The notes beneath the pieces were generated by a model. The model saw only the letters and a list, made by a program, of their open reading frames with translations. It ran no database searches and was not told the DNA's origin. The position numbers and the translations under genes were made by a program. From Ministeria vibrans ATCC 50519 (lineage: Eukaryota; Protista; Filasterea), in assembly GCA_943704425.1 (NCBI GenBank), contig CALSCP010000597.1:1-47221 (forward strand): 47,221 nt of DNA. The letters are read 5' to 3'. Shown piece after piece: positions 12,505-23,937 of the stretch (position 1 is the first letter of the stretch; every line of letters begins with the position of its first letter).

Positions 12505-12544
<40 letters not shown>

Positions 12545-12689
12545 TGTGTTTCTGACTATTTGTTCCCTGGTTGTATTAAATTTATTTTAGGCTGCGACAA
12601 GTGATTGGCGCAAACAAGACCGATCAACACAGTTTGCGCACGGCAGAAGAAACCCCAACGCCGCTCGTCGACTCATCAAGAAGAAATAA
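10867..12689 (+). CDS. NOB1: NOB1, pre-18S rRNA site-D PIN endonuclease; 6 exons (10867-11068, 11208-11338, 11406-11953, 12013-12151, 12234-12395, 12591-12689)
   Basis: PIN motifs VVDSG, TGDYSSLSRTDL, GWITPEN and TTDFAMQNVL; Zn ribbon CHAC..FCPSCGN; LILREDQ; C-terminal RRNPNA. All introns are GT-AG and frame-compatible. Confidence 0.95.
12416..12549. repeat. (GT)n/(CT)n compound microsatellite in NOB1 last intron
   Basis: Directly visible. Confidence 0.95.
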
Positions 12690-12828
12690 ACACATTCTGT
12701 ACAAGTGTCACGAAGAAGAAGTCGTACAAGCTCTCAGCGAATTCTCAGCATTCTTTGATGTCACTTATTGTCCACATGATAAATCAATCATCTCAATTTT
12801 CTTTTGCAACTTCCTCAGTCCGTGTCTC

Positions 12829-15800
12829 ATGTCCCCAGCCGGTCTGACACTGGCCATTCTTAGTGTCGTTGCACTGGCTGGTGCACAGCAGACTGCCGAA
12901 GTGTACGCTGTGCTACGAAATCAAGATTGATACAAATGTCTTCCGGGATGTAGATACAACGACAACGGCGACCTGTACCTCGAGCCTTTCCCCACATCAT
13001 CCGGCTCGGTGCACGTCCGAGGGAGTCTTGTCATTGACGAGACAGGCGATGTCGCCGCCAAGTTTGCTCAAGTCGACAGTCGCCTCGACGCTCTCGAATC
13101 GACCACGCCCGCAGCCGCCACGACGACGACGTCGTCGGGCTTCCTTGTCTCCAGTTCCAACTGTTCGCGCTGCGACGTCAATGCAGAGTGCTTTAACACG
13201 CGTGGTGGACTCGGAACCGTCTGTTCATGTGCAGCTGGCTATCGCGGCAATGGTCTCGCCTGTTACGCCATCAACCACTGTGCCGACGCCTCCCATAGCT
13301 GTCCCACCTATGCTAGCTGCATCTATCAAGGACCCGGTACCTTCACATGCGCCTGCGACTCGGGCTACCTTCCCGGCTCTGCAACAGTCTGTCTTCCCAA
13401 CAACCTGACGGAGCGAGTCCAATTCAACAGCGCCGTGTCCCTCGACGTTGCCTCTCATCCCTTCCCTTTCTTTGGTAGTCCCGGCGGCGAGTTTGGTCGC
13501 AGCATGGCTGAGTAAGAGTGTGCGACGGATCCCAAAGACAAGATCATTAACCCTTGGTCTTCATTACATAGTCTGGGCGACGTAGACGGTGATTTGGTCA
13601 ACGACATTGCCATTGGGGCGCCCGGCGAGGATGGTGGCGAGGGCAATATCTACATCGCATTCATGCAGCGAAACGGTGCCTACAAGTCTGTTGTCAAGGT
13701 AAAGAAATGAGCTTGAGTTATGCGCAAGCGCGCATGCCAGTTCAAACTACTTTTGTGAGGCGCGACCCGTGGCGACGCCCACATTTCCTCGTTCATGTCG
13801 TATTCACACAGCTTTCTTTCCCGATCCTTGAGCTCTTTTCTTTTGCTTGCATCTCACTTGCGGTTCAATATCGAACAATTGTTCCTTCTCCTTTTTGCAG
13901 CTCAATGTGACGTGCCCAACGGCAAGCTGTGGACTCGGATTCGACCTTGTGGGGCTGCCCGACCTCAATTTGGACGGAGTGCCCGATCTTATTATCGGCA
14001 GTTCCATCAATGTGGTCTTTGTCGTCTTTTTGCGTCACGATGGCTCTGCAGCCAGCGTCGTTGAGTTGACGCGCGAGTCGATTGCGGCGCAGGTGAACAT
14101 GGCGCCGGGTGCCTTGTTCACGTCACACCTACTTTCGGATTGGGGCACTTCGGTGGCGTACATTGGAGACCGGGACAACGACGGAAACCCGACGATTGGC
14201 ATTGGACAACCCTCTATTAGCGGCAAGGGCCATGCCTACCTCATAGAGCTTAATTCGACGGCGCATGTCGTTGCTGTGCCCTTTGACCTGATCGCTGATC
14301 CATTCTTCTCGCTGAGCAACGACGACCGGGGTGGCTTGAGCATGGTTGGTATTGGCGACATAGACAACGACGGCATCCCCGATGTCGCCTTTACGTCGCG
14401 CATATCGCTCTTCATTCTCTCCCTTGATACCGAAGGAATTCTTGGCATGAGCTCGTACTTTTCGTCGGCATTTGGCTCGGCCATAGGCGAGAACTGGCAC
14501 CGTACCGTCCGCCGCCTCGCCAAAGGCTATCTGGGACTCACACCAAAGCAAGGAGATGGCACAAACGTGTATATTGGATTTGTCTCGTCGTCGCGCGCCG
14601 TTCAGTCATTCACCAAGGTCAACTTACCTTACCCTTACGACGTCTCTGTGCTCTCCAGCGACTACTCGTCGGGCGTCAGTGTGACCGGCCTGGGAGACCT
14701 CGAAGGCGACGGCACTCCCAACCTGCTGGTGGGTCACTTCCAGTGCCAGGCCGGCAACAGCGGCGGTGCCATTGGCACTGGCTTTGGCTGTGTTCAGCAG
14801 ATAAATATGGATTCTTTGGCGACGGGGGCCGTTAAGGCTATCCAAACGCTTGGTCCGGCCTCGGGGAGCCTCAACCAATCGTCGGATGCCGTTGCGTCGG
14901 GCCTTGGCTCGAGCATTGCCGCCATCGGTGACCTCGACGGCGACGGGTACGATGACATTGTTGTGGGTGCCTCGTCGCACACTGGCTTTGCCGCTCTCGC
15001 CCTCATTCTTCTGTCACCAACGCGCACGGCTAAGACGGTCGCGTGGATCAGCTCGGAGACTCTCACGAGTGCTGCTCCCACTTCACAAGACGACTTTGGC
15101 GCTGCCGTGTGCGTCTTGAGTCGACTCAGTTTTGTTGAGACGGAGCCGTATTCGTCGAACTGGCACGCTACGTACCGTCGTGGACTCGCCATTGGCGCAC
15201 CACGCACGTCTGGTGGCGGCGTCATCTACATTGCACGTGTGCCCCGCAGCGGCGACACCATGCGCCTAGTTGCGACCATCACGCCTGGCGACGCAGGACT
15301 CACCTCAGGCGAGGACATGTTCTTTGGCGCGTCGCTTGCCACTGTCGGCTTCCTTGACGACGACAACGTTGAAGAGGTCGCCGTGGGTGCGCCCCTGTAC
15401 GACACCGGTCGTGGTGCCGTTGCTATTCTCTACATGACGTCCGCTGGCGCTGTCTTCTCCTCCACCATTCTTAGTGCCACCCAGGGTCAGTTTCGTTCAG
15501 CGCTCTGGGCTAATGCCCACTTTGGAGCGTAAGTCAACAGAAAAATCACCTCATTTTTTAGATTAAAAAACAAGAAAAATTAAAAGTCACGCCGTGTATT
15601 GTACAGGTCACTGGCTGCCATTGACGACCTCAACAATGATGGAGTGGCTGATTTGGCAGTGGGAGCGTACAATGAGGCGAGCATCAAGACAGGCTTCTTT
15701 GTGGTGTTCCTCAACGTGACCGGGGAGTCCATTGGCGAGCAGGAGCACACGAACAGTGTTGGGGGTCTTGAGCGATACGGTTTGGGCTCGCACGTTGTGG

Positions 15801-16099
15801 GGGCTGCCATGGCGGCACTGCCTGACGCGGATGGCGATGGAATTGATGATTTACTGCTGGGAATGCCTAACCAGCAAGATATGGGCGCGATTGCAGTTTG
15901 TTTCATGGCGCGCGATGGCACTGTCCGCTCCATGACCTTCCCGCCTCTGAACAGCGCCGAACCAATCACGGGACCGCGGTTTGGTGCCTCTGTTGCTGTT
16001 GGCCAGCTCATCGACAGCACTTCTCGTCGGGTCTATGCTGGCACTCCGTCGGGTCCATACGGCCGCTTTACGACTGGCAACCTTTCCATTGTCACCTAA
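12829..16099 (+). CDS. Secreted protein: short coiled coil, 2 EGF-like domains and about 11-12 FG-GAP (integrin-alpha type) repeats; 5 exons (12829-12902, 12954-13511, 13572-13698, 13901-15528, 15607-16099)
   Basis: Signal peptide MSPAGLTLAILSVVALAGA; EGF patterns CDVNAECFNT..CSCAAGYRGNGLAC and CPTYASC..FTCACDSGY; repeated GDxDxDGxxDxxxGAP Ca2+-loops; no TM segment. Confidence 0.88.
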
Positions 16100-16658
16100 C
16101 ATTTAATAATAATATTATGTTCTTGAAGACATTAATAATAATTCTATTTTAGTGTTAAAGTTATTATTATTATTGTATAAATTAATTGGAATTATCTTTT
16201 TCTGGGTCTACCATACTTCTCATGGATGTATCAGTGGGTCTATGGGCTTCTTTCGGGACATTCTCGTCTTGAAGTCTACGGCGGAAGTAATGTGCTGCTC
16301 TTTTGTGTTGTATAAGTTTTGTTTTGACATAGTATAGCTCTCGATTATCTATTTATTTTCTTATTATTGTAAGATTAGTATTAATTTTTCGCTTAAAATA
16401 CTCAAGTTAGTCACGCAGGCTGGCCGAGCGGTTTTGGGGCGTCGCATTATATTTTTTTTTCTTTGTGAAAGACTATCAAGTCTAAGAAGAATCAATCCAT
16501 TTACTTCTGAAAAGTTTCAAGTCACAATGTCTCTGTCTGATTGTCTCTCAGCTCTCTGACTGCTGACAACTCATTTTTTTTTTCAATTGTTTGTGACTCA
16601 TCAAGGTGTACCGAGCCACTCCTTTCTCTCTATCTCGTGGTGAACGCGTGGGTTTCAT

Positions 16659-19600
16659 ATGGGCGTCAAACAGCTCTGGACATTGCTGGAGCCCAGCAGC
16701 CGGCCTATCAAGCTGGAGACGCTCAATTGCCGTCTGTTGGCCATTGATGTGTCCGGTTGGTTGTATCAGGCGTTAAGCATGAAAGGAAAGAACGACGAGG
16801 AGGCGCAGCGCAACGCGCCGCTCTTGTTGATTTTCCATCGACTGTGCAAATTGCGTTTTCTCAACTTGCGTCCCATTTTTGTCTTTGACGGAGCGCCTGT
16901 TGCCCTGAAAAAGACCACCATGGCAGCACGACGACAGCGGCGAGAGCGCACGGAGGGAAACGTCCGCAAGGCAGCCGAGAAGCTCCTCGTCAATGCTCTC
17001 CAGCTTGCCGCTTCGTCCACCACGACCACAGCACCAGCAGCAGCCGCATCGGGGAGTGGCGCTACGTCGGCGGCGTTTATTTCGCGCCTGACGGACAATC
17101 CGCGAAGTGCCGGCGATGTGGAGGAAGAAGAGGAAGAGGAAGAGGAGCGAACGTTTCTTGACGAATTTGATGTGCGACGTGTGGACATTGACAGCGAGGA
17201 TTTTCAGCAACTTCCCGAAGAGCTGCAGTTTGAGATTTTGCGCGATGTGCAAGAACACCAACGCCGTCGAGCGATGCGCGAGAAGTCGTCGGCCATTGAC
17301 AAGGCAGAGCTGTCGGAGTTTTCGCAAATTCAGCTTGCGAATCTCATGCAAAAGAATGCTCTGTCGCGTCGTCTGGACCACGTTGCGTCGCAGATGCTTG
17401 CCACTAACCTCTACGTAAGCGGCTTTGAGTCTCGTCGTGTTGCCTCTGACAAGGAGAAGCGCATTATTTTTGCGGAGCTCTCCAAAGGCGGAGAGCTACC
17501 CGCAGCGGCTGCGGCAGCAGCCACCACAGCAATGGAAGGCGGCGCTGGTACGAGGAGTGGCGAAGGGGAGTCAAAAATATATGGAGAAGCGTATGGGACG
17601 GAGGTGCAGCGGGCGTTGTTGGCATCGCTGGACCAAGGCGCTGCTGTGTCGGACGACGATGAGAGTGGAGCGGAGGAAGAAGCGAGTGATGCAGATGAAC
17701 AAGGCGAAGCAAGTGAGCGGGAGCGACAACGTCAGTTGTTGAAAAACTTGATGCGTCCGTCTCAGTTTGAGTCGACGATTGAGTCAGAGGGTGGTGGTGG
17801 TGGTGGTGGTGGGGGTGAGCGAACGAAAGTGATGGATCTTGGCGAAGAGGAGCAGTTGCAACTGGCGATGCAGATGTCGCTGGCTGAAGCGAGTCGTGCG
17901 ACAAGGCAGGCCAAGGAAAGCAGCGGAAACAGCGATAACCAAGTGATGGAAGTGGGCATGGAAGAGAAGGAGGAGGGAAAGATTCAACTTGAAATGTCAG
18001 TGGGATTGAAGGGCGCGCCGGAGCGCGCCTCTGCTCCTTCAAGTCTGTTTACTGCTGACATGTTTGGGATTGACGAGGAGGACGAAGCGGAAGTGGAGAA
18101 GGTAGAAAACGGCACGGACAGAGCTCCGTCGAGTCTGTTTACTGCTGACATGTTTGGGATTGACGAGGAGGACGAAGCGGAAGTGAAGAGGCAGGGGAAA
18201 GAAACAACAATGGACAGGAAGGAGAATGACACGGAGGTGGACACGCAGGAGAAAGGAACGAAGGTGGACACGCAGGAGAATGACACGGAGGTGGACACGC
18301 AGGAGAAGGGAACGAAGGTGGACACGCAGGAGAAGAGAACGAAAGTGGACATGATGGACGAGGAAGCAAAAGAGGACGGCGAGGGAAGACAGGAAGGGGC
18401 ATTGGACACGCAGGAGAAGGGAACGAAAGTGGACATGAAGGACGAGGAAAAAAAGGCGGACAGTGAGAGAAGACAGGAAACGGCATTGGACACGCAGGAG
18501 AAGGGAACGAAAGTGGACATGAAGGACGAGGAAAAAAAGGCGGACAGTGAGAGAAGACAGGAAACGGCATTGGACACGCAGGAAAAGGAAACGAAAGGGG
18601 ACACGAAGGAGAAAGGAACGAAAGCGGACAGAGAGGGGAAGGTCATTTTAGGAGCTTTGTCGAGTCTGTTCACTGCAGACATGTTTGGGATTGGGGAAGA
18701 GGAAACAGTCGAGAAAGAGAAGGAGGAGACTGTAGGGAAGTTTGCTGGCACGGGTGCACCACTTGCTGTGGAAACGCTCAACCTTGAGACGAAGTCGTCC
18801 ACTACCAAACTTATTCAATCAGTAGACGCCAAGGACACTGTCGACAACATTCAGCAACCGGCACTCCACTCAACACCAATCGCAGCGACAACATTAACAG
18901 CTTCAACAACACGTTCTGCTCTTTCCAACATTGCACCTGTGCTGCATAACTCCACTGAATCGGTGGCGGACGCACATGCCCGACTACAAGCAGAGCGGAC
19001 CAAGTTGCTATCGGATCAGGCGCTGTTCTCGCGGGCCAATCAGTCGCTTCCGGCAGACACATACGATGACGTGCAGCAGTTGCTTCGGCTCTTTGGCGTG
19101 CCCTTCCTCGTGGCACCCGGCGAGGCCGAGGCGCAGTGTGCCGAGCTCGAGCGACTTGGGCTTGTCGAGGGGACCATCTCAGATGACTCGGACACACTGC
19201 TGTTTGGCGGTCGGCGAGTCTACCGGCACTTTTTCACGCGTAACCGCGACCCGCACGTGTACACCGAGGGCGATGTGCTACGGACGCTGGGCCTTACGCG
19301 CGACCGTCTTGTGTCGCTTGCCTATTTGCTCGGCTGCGACTACTGCGACGGGGTCCAAGGGGTGGGTCCTGTGCTTGCCATGGAGATTCTTGAAGACTTT
19401 GACACGCTGGAGGCGTTTCAGCAGTTTGTCGAAGGACTTGACGCGGAGGACGCGGAGGATTTGGACGAACGGTTTGCGCGAGCGTCCGAGTCGCGATTGC
19501 GCAAGCGACTCCGTGTTGGCAAGCAGCGCATTGGCTTTCCTGCGGGCTTTCCCGATCCGCGGGTGCGCGAGGCCTTCATGAAACCACGCGTGGACAGTGA

Positions 19601-20156
19601 GCGCGCCAAGTTCAGTTTTGCGCTGCCCAATTTGGATGGACTGCGGGTGTTTTGTGAAGAGAAGTTTGGGTGGGACGAGCGACGAAGCGATTCGCTGCTC
19701 AAGCCAATGCTGGCACGGCTTGCGGAAGAGAAAAAAACGCGACAGACAGGCATGGATGGGTTTATGGTGAAGGTGGGAGGCACAGCGGGGCAGGTAAAGA
19801 GCAAGCGGTTGCGGGCGGTCGTGGGACGACTGACGGGCCAAAAGGTGGAGGAGAAGGAGGAGGTAGAGGTGGATGGAAAAAGGAAGAAGAAGCGAAAGGA
19901 CAAGGGGAATGGCCTGGAGACGAAGAAGAGAGCAAAGACGAGTGTGACGAAGAAGGGAGCGAAGCGGCGTCGACAAATGGTGAGTGACGGGAGTGCGGAG
20001 GACGACGGTGACTATGTCGTGGCCACAGCCATAAAGAAGCGAGCGCGAACGAAGCGCAAGGTCGTGGAAGAAGACGACGATGACGAGGAGGACGAAGAGT
20101 GGGCCGAAGACCCAATGGCGATTTATCACTCGTCAGATGACAGCGATGGATTATAA
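16659..20156 (+). CDS. ERCC5: XPG/Rad2 structure-specific endonuclease (nucleotide excision repair), intronless
   Basis: N-region MGVKQLW..LAIDVSGW..FVFDG; UBM-like IDSEDFQQLPEELQFEIL; FSQIQL and RRVASD; I-region APGEAEAQCA, SDDSD and LLGCDYCDGVQGVG; PIP-like QTGMDGF; basic NLS tail. Confidence 0.95.
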   Translation: MGVKQLWTLLEPSSRPIKLETLNCRLLAIDVSGWLYQALSMKGKNDEEAQRNAPLLLIFHRLCKLRFLNLRPIFVFDGAPVALKKTTMAARRQRRERTEGNVRKAAEKLLVNALQLAASSTTTTAPAAAASGSGATSAAFISRLTDNPRSAGDVEEEEEEEEERTFLDEFDVRRVDIDSEDFQQLPEELQFEILRDVQEHQRRRAMREKSSAIDKAELSEFSQIQLANLMQKNALSRRLDHVASQMLATNLYVSGFESRRVASDKEKRIIFAELSKGGELPAAAAAAATTAMEGGAGTRSGEGESKIYGEAYGTEVQRALLASLDQGAAVSDDDESGAEEEASDADEQGEASERERQRQLLKNLMRPSQFESTIESEGGGGGGGGGERTKVMDLGEEEQLQLAMQMSLAEASRATRQAKESSGNSDNQVMEVGMEEKEEGKIQLEMSVGLKGAPERASAPSSLFTADMFGIDEEDEAEVEKVENGTDRAPSSLFTADMFGIDEEDEAEVKRQGKETTMDRKENDTEVDTQEKGTKVDTQENDTEVDTQEKGTKVDTQEKRTKVDMMDEEAKEDGEGRQEGALDTQEKGTKVDMKDEEKKADSERRQETALDTQEKGTKVDMKDEEKKADSERRQETALDTQEKETKGDTKEKGTKADREGKVILGALSSLFTADMFGIGEEETVEKEKEETVGKFAGTGAPLAVETLNLETKSSTTKLIQSVDAKDTVDNIQQPALHSTPIAATTLTASTTRSALSNIAPVLHNSTESVADAHARLQAERTKLLSDQALFSRANQSLPADTYDDVQQLLRLFGVPFLVAPGEAEAQCAELERLGLVEGTISDDSDTLLFGGRRVYRHFFTRNRDPHVYTEGDVLRTLGLTRDRLVSLAYLLGCDYCDGVQGVGPVLAMEILEDFDTLEAFQQFVEGLDAEDAEDLDERFARASESRLRKRLRVGKQRIGFPAGFPDPRVREAFMKPRVDSERAKFSFALPNLDGLRVFCEEKFGWDERRSDSLLKPMLARLAEEKKTRQTGMDGFMVKVGGTAGQVKSKRLRAVVGRLTGQKVEEKEEVEVDGKRKKKRKDKGNGLETKKRAKTSVTKKGAKRRRQMVSDGSAEDDGDYVVATAIKKRARTKRKVVEEDDDDEEDEEWAEDPMAIYHSSDDSDGL
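18038..18700 (+). repeat. Coding tandem repeats in the XPG spacer
   Basis: SSLFTADMFGI x3, many DTQEKGTKV units, and an exact 84-bp duplication (18400-18483 / 18484-18567). Confidence 0.92.
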
Positions 20157-20179
20157 AATATGAATAATAGTACTACTAA

Positions 20180-20279
20180 ATATAATAGTAATAATAATAA
20201 TAATAAATTAATAATAGTAATAATTATAATAATAATAACAATAATAATAATATATTATTATTATTATTATTATTATTAC
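20180..20279. repeat. (AAT)n followed by (TAT)n, inverted trinucleotide microsatellite
   Basis: Directly visible between XPG and CDC123. Confidence 0.9.
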
Positions 20280-20413
20280 TGTTTATTGTATCTTTAACGT
20301 AGAAGTATTTCTTCCCAAGATAAACAGACTAAACTTTACTTGAGAAATACCTTTCTTTCTTTTCACTTTATAATTAATTTCTTCTTCTTCTAATTATTTT
20401 GATCATTTTATTA

Positions 20414-21486
20414 ATGCCCTTATTACGATCGGACGTAAATGCGTGCGCGGGCCCCTCCTGGTTGAATGAGTTTCGCTCGTGTACATTCAAGAGTCGCATG
20501 ATTCCCTTGTCGGAGGCATTTCTGGCATATCTCAACGAGGACGGCATTGCCCTGCCGCGATCGTCACACGCCCAGCGGAAGGTGTCATGGAGCAGCTGTT
20601 CGGACGACGGCGACGAAGGTGTTGACGATGCGGAGGTGGTGGTGTGCGACTTTCCCGACCTGGAAGACGCCGTCAACGCCGGCATTGCGCGCCTGGGGGG
20701 CGCTGTGTTCCCCAAGCTCATGTGGAGTGCGCCAACCGACGCGGCCTTTCTCTTGCCCAACTGCCAGTTGCGGTGCACGTCCTTCGCCGACGTCGTTCTC
20801 GTGCTCAAGAGCAGCGACGCCGTCATGCGCAATCTGCACCAGCCGTACTGCGACACAACGGCGACCGACGGCGACGGCGACGACGCCACCGCTGCTGCTG
20901 CTGCTGCCGATCCACCACCCTGCCTTGTTCTCCGCAAGTGGTACGCGGTCAATCCCAGTATGGAGTTTCGCTGTTTTGTGCGCAACCAAAATCTTATTGG
21001 TATATTCATTAGTACCCGTCTTCCCGTCTTCTGTTTCACTAATTGAGCCCGCGTCTTGTAGGCATAAGTCAACGAGACTACACGAATCATTACGGGTTTC
21101 TATCGGCACGCGCTAGTGAGTTCCAGCAAAGCATTTGTGAGTTTGCGGGTGCACAGTCACTCTTGACTGGGCGCTTTCCATTGCGTTCGTTTGTCTTTGA
21201 CGTGTACATTGAGGCGAATGGACGAGTGTGGCTGGTGGACTTTGCAGTGTATGGAGGCTCGACTGATCCACTGCTGTTTGCCTATGAGGAACTTGACGCG
21301 ATCGAAAGTGCGTGTGAATTTCGCACGAGTGATGGCCAAACACCCGTCTTGGCGGGAAAGCACTCGACGTATCGAGTGCCCGTCGAAGTGTCGCAAGCAA
21401 GCACGGCTGACGAGATTGCGCAACTCGTGCGCGTGTTTGCAGGGACGCAAGCTCAAGACGAGAGTGATAGCGAGGACGACTTTTGA
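20414..21486 (+). CDS. CDC123: CDC123/D123 ATP-grasp eIF2 assembly factor; 2 exons (intron 21000-21061)
   Basis: FLAYLNEDGI, VFPKLMWSAPTDA, LKSSD, LVLRKW, MEFRCFV, ISQRD, FVFDVY, VWLVDF and TDPLLF. Confidence 0.93.
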
Positions 21487-21532
21487 GGTGTTCAAGACTT
21501 GTGTATTGTAATGAGATGTAAAAATAACATAA

Positions 21533-22378
21533 TTATTCTTGTGCTGTTCTGATGATCTTTCTTAATTGATAATTCTTACTCCGTACTCCGTACTCTCGGG
21601 CAATGTAAAGTAAGAAGACATCTACAAAGTGATTGAGACAATGAACCATCTGTTTCATTGCGCTTGAAACGCCCTGCGTACCGGGTTGTGGCGTACACAT
21701 GGCCTCAGGCATCACAGAGTTGACAAATAACACAACGTGATCGCCTTGACGCTGGACACCTCGCTTCTTTTTGATGACAGTGACAGAGAAGAGAGTGGGC
21801 TTTGCGGTGATGGGATGTATTGACTCCCATGAAGTCCACAGGAGGTTCTGTCGTGGAGAGTCCTTCAAAAACGTAGATATCCCACCACCAGCCGGGAACA
21901 GCTCGTTCGCCCGCGAGTAGGTCATGCGAGAGGTCAGAATATACACAGGCTGACTCCCTTCCAGTCGTCTAAAATCTGATTGTTTAAATGGCACTCCCAG
22001 CACACTTAGCGTCTGACCAAACTCTTCTGTGTCCCACCCTACGCAAAGAATTAAAACGGCATCCTTGACAACGGATAATGTTGTTCTTGTACTGGACGGG
22101 AACGAGTCAGCAGTATGCAACGCGAGACGCTGAACTTTCGCGTAGAGTGACAGGTGAATTTTCTCAAGAAATGCGTCAAGCGATGTAGCATCGGGCGGCA
22201 GCTGGAGGGGTAGCAATACGTCGTGTTTGTAAATGCTCCACAAGGCAATAGAGGAGGGCACATAATTGGGAAGAGCAGCTGCGAAAACCAAATCCAAATC
22301 GCGTAAGCGTAGTTCAGGCATTACAGGCGCTTCTTCCAGCTCATGAACCAGCTCATCCATCTCATCCGGATCATTCAT
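21533..22378 (-). CDS. Intronless orphan protein, 281 aa
   Basis: Long ATG-started ORF with globular composition; no motif recognised. Confidence 0.6.
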   Translation of the reverse strand: MNDPDEMDELVHELEEAPVMPELRLRDLDLVFAAALPNYVPSSIALWSIYKHDVLLPLQLPPDATSLDAFLEKIHLSLYAKVQRLALHTADSFPSSTRTTLSVVKDAVLILCVGWDTEEFGQTLSVLGVPFKQSDFRRLEGSQPVYILTSRMTYSRANELFPAGGGISTFLKDSPRQNLLWTSWESIHPITAKPTLFSVTVIKKKRGVQRQGDHVVLFVNSVMPEAMCTPQPGTQGVSSAMKQMVHCLNHFVDVFLLYIAREYGVRSKNYQLRKIIRTAQE

Positions 22379-22721
22379 GGATGGTACGGGGGAGAGAAGG
22401 TGATAAACAACGAAAAACCCAAGATGAGTGATTAAGAACTCGCAGAGTGACAGAGTGAGGCACAGATAGCGTGTTCAACATCCAGACGTCCATGGTATAG
22501 AAAAAGCTACAGCCACAGGCTGTCATATGGAAAGTGGTTACGGCCTTTTAAGGTCGGTAGCGGTCGCTATTCGTCCGCTTTGCTCAACGAACTCGACCTC
22601 ACGACCTGACGTTTTTTTTTTCACTTTTTTTTTCACTTTTTTTTTGTTGGAGTTTGCTGAAAGACTTTGAAATAACAATTTGTATTCTCATCACTCATCA
22701 ATCCGTTTTGTAATTGTTCCC

Positions 22722-23937
22722 ATGCAAGCGCTCACCTCGCGGAGCAATACCCCTGCAACCCCCGTCGAGACGACTACCAGTAGTTTGCAACGGGACGGGA
22801 GCAATGTGAGCGAGAATGTCGTTCACGGGTTCGACTTCACGCAAAGTATTTTCATGCGCAGCCCGTCTCAACCGCTCCCGTTCGCCGAAGATCTCCAGTT
22901 ACTGGAAAATACCATAAAGAACCCTCTCTCTGCGATTCCATACGAGAGTATTATTCTCGCATGCCACAAGGACTCTCATAATGTTTACGAGATTTCACAA
23001 AGTTTTCTGGACTCTTGTAAGGTGTTACACACACGTGAGCACGTACACTAACCAATGTCATACTTCCTTCTTAGACCCGACAATGGGGAAATTTAGTCAT
23101 TTCAAGGTCAACTTGGGGAAGTTTAGCATGCTAGGGAAAGGCATTTTGGCAACACGTTCCATGGAGATGGAGGACGGCAGCGAACAGGCCTTTATCATTG
23201 TGGTAGACCCTGTGACCCTGTTTAGGGATATCTTTACGGACACGTTTATCTCTGAATTCCTCGAGGAATCGCTGGCGCCCAAAGAATGCCAAAGCCTCGT
23301 AACCGAACCATTTGCACGACCTTATCTGTCGTACACTTTTGAGCGTCGCTCTGGACCGCTCTGTGGCGACCGCATTGTGCTCACACTTGGCATGTACACC
23401 AACGCAGTCCCAGACATCTTCCTTGCGTACCTCCCGCGCGCCAACAACACAACCACACCCACACCGTCTCCCTCAACGCACTCTCCTAAGCCTCTCTTCC
23501 ACACCCTTAAATACTCTCAGGGTCCAGACGACGCCCTCTTTGTCTATGCCGAACCACCCCTTCCGAAAGACCCTCAACAGTGCCCAACACTCCTTGATGA
23601 CCACACGGCGGTCGCACGTGAGCTTCAGACAGTTTGTGCGGACCTTTTCAAAACTGAGGCGCATCAGCTCACGTGCGCGTTCACCCTCTCTTCATGGACG
23701 CTCTTCTGGTGCATCATCCCCCCTCAAATCAAAGAGGGACCCAATATTCTGGCCCAACAGTTGCTGAAACACATATCTGAGGATCTGAATCCGTACGTTT
23801 GGGCTGGGAGAGCAGGTAATGGAAAGACGCTGCTCGAGTCAAAACTAATATGTTTGTCTTGTGTTGCAGATGCTGAAACAACTCGCCAGTTTCAGGACAA
23901 GACAACAGGACAAGACAACGAATCAATACACAAATAA
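22722..23937 (+). CDS. Orphan protein of about 385 aa; 2 exons (intron 23017-23074)
   Basis: A GTAAG..TTAG phase-1 intron joins two overlapping ORFs in frame; no motif recognised. Confidence 0.6.

Noticed and set aside
15686-15706. KTGFF resembling the integrin KxGFFKR tail
   Set aside because: It is internal to a propeller blade and has no preceding TM, so this is not a true integrin alpha.
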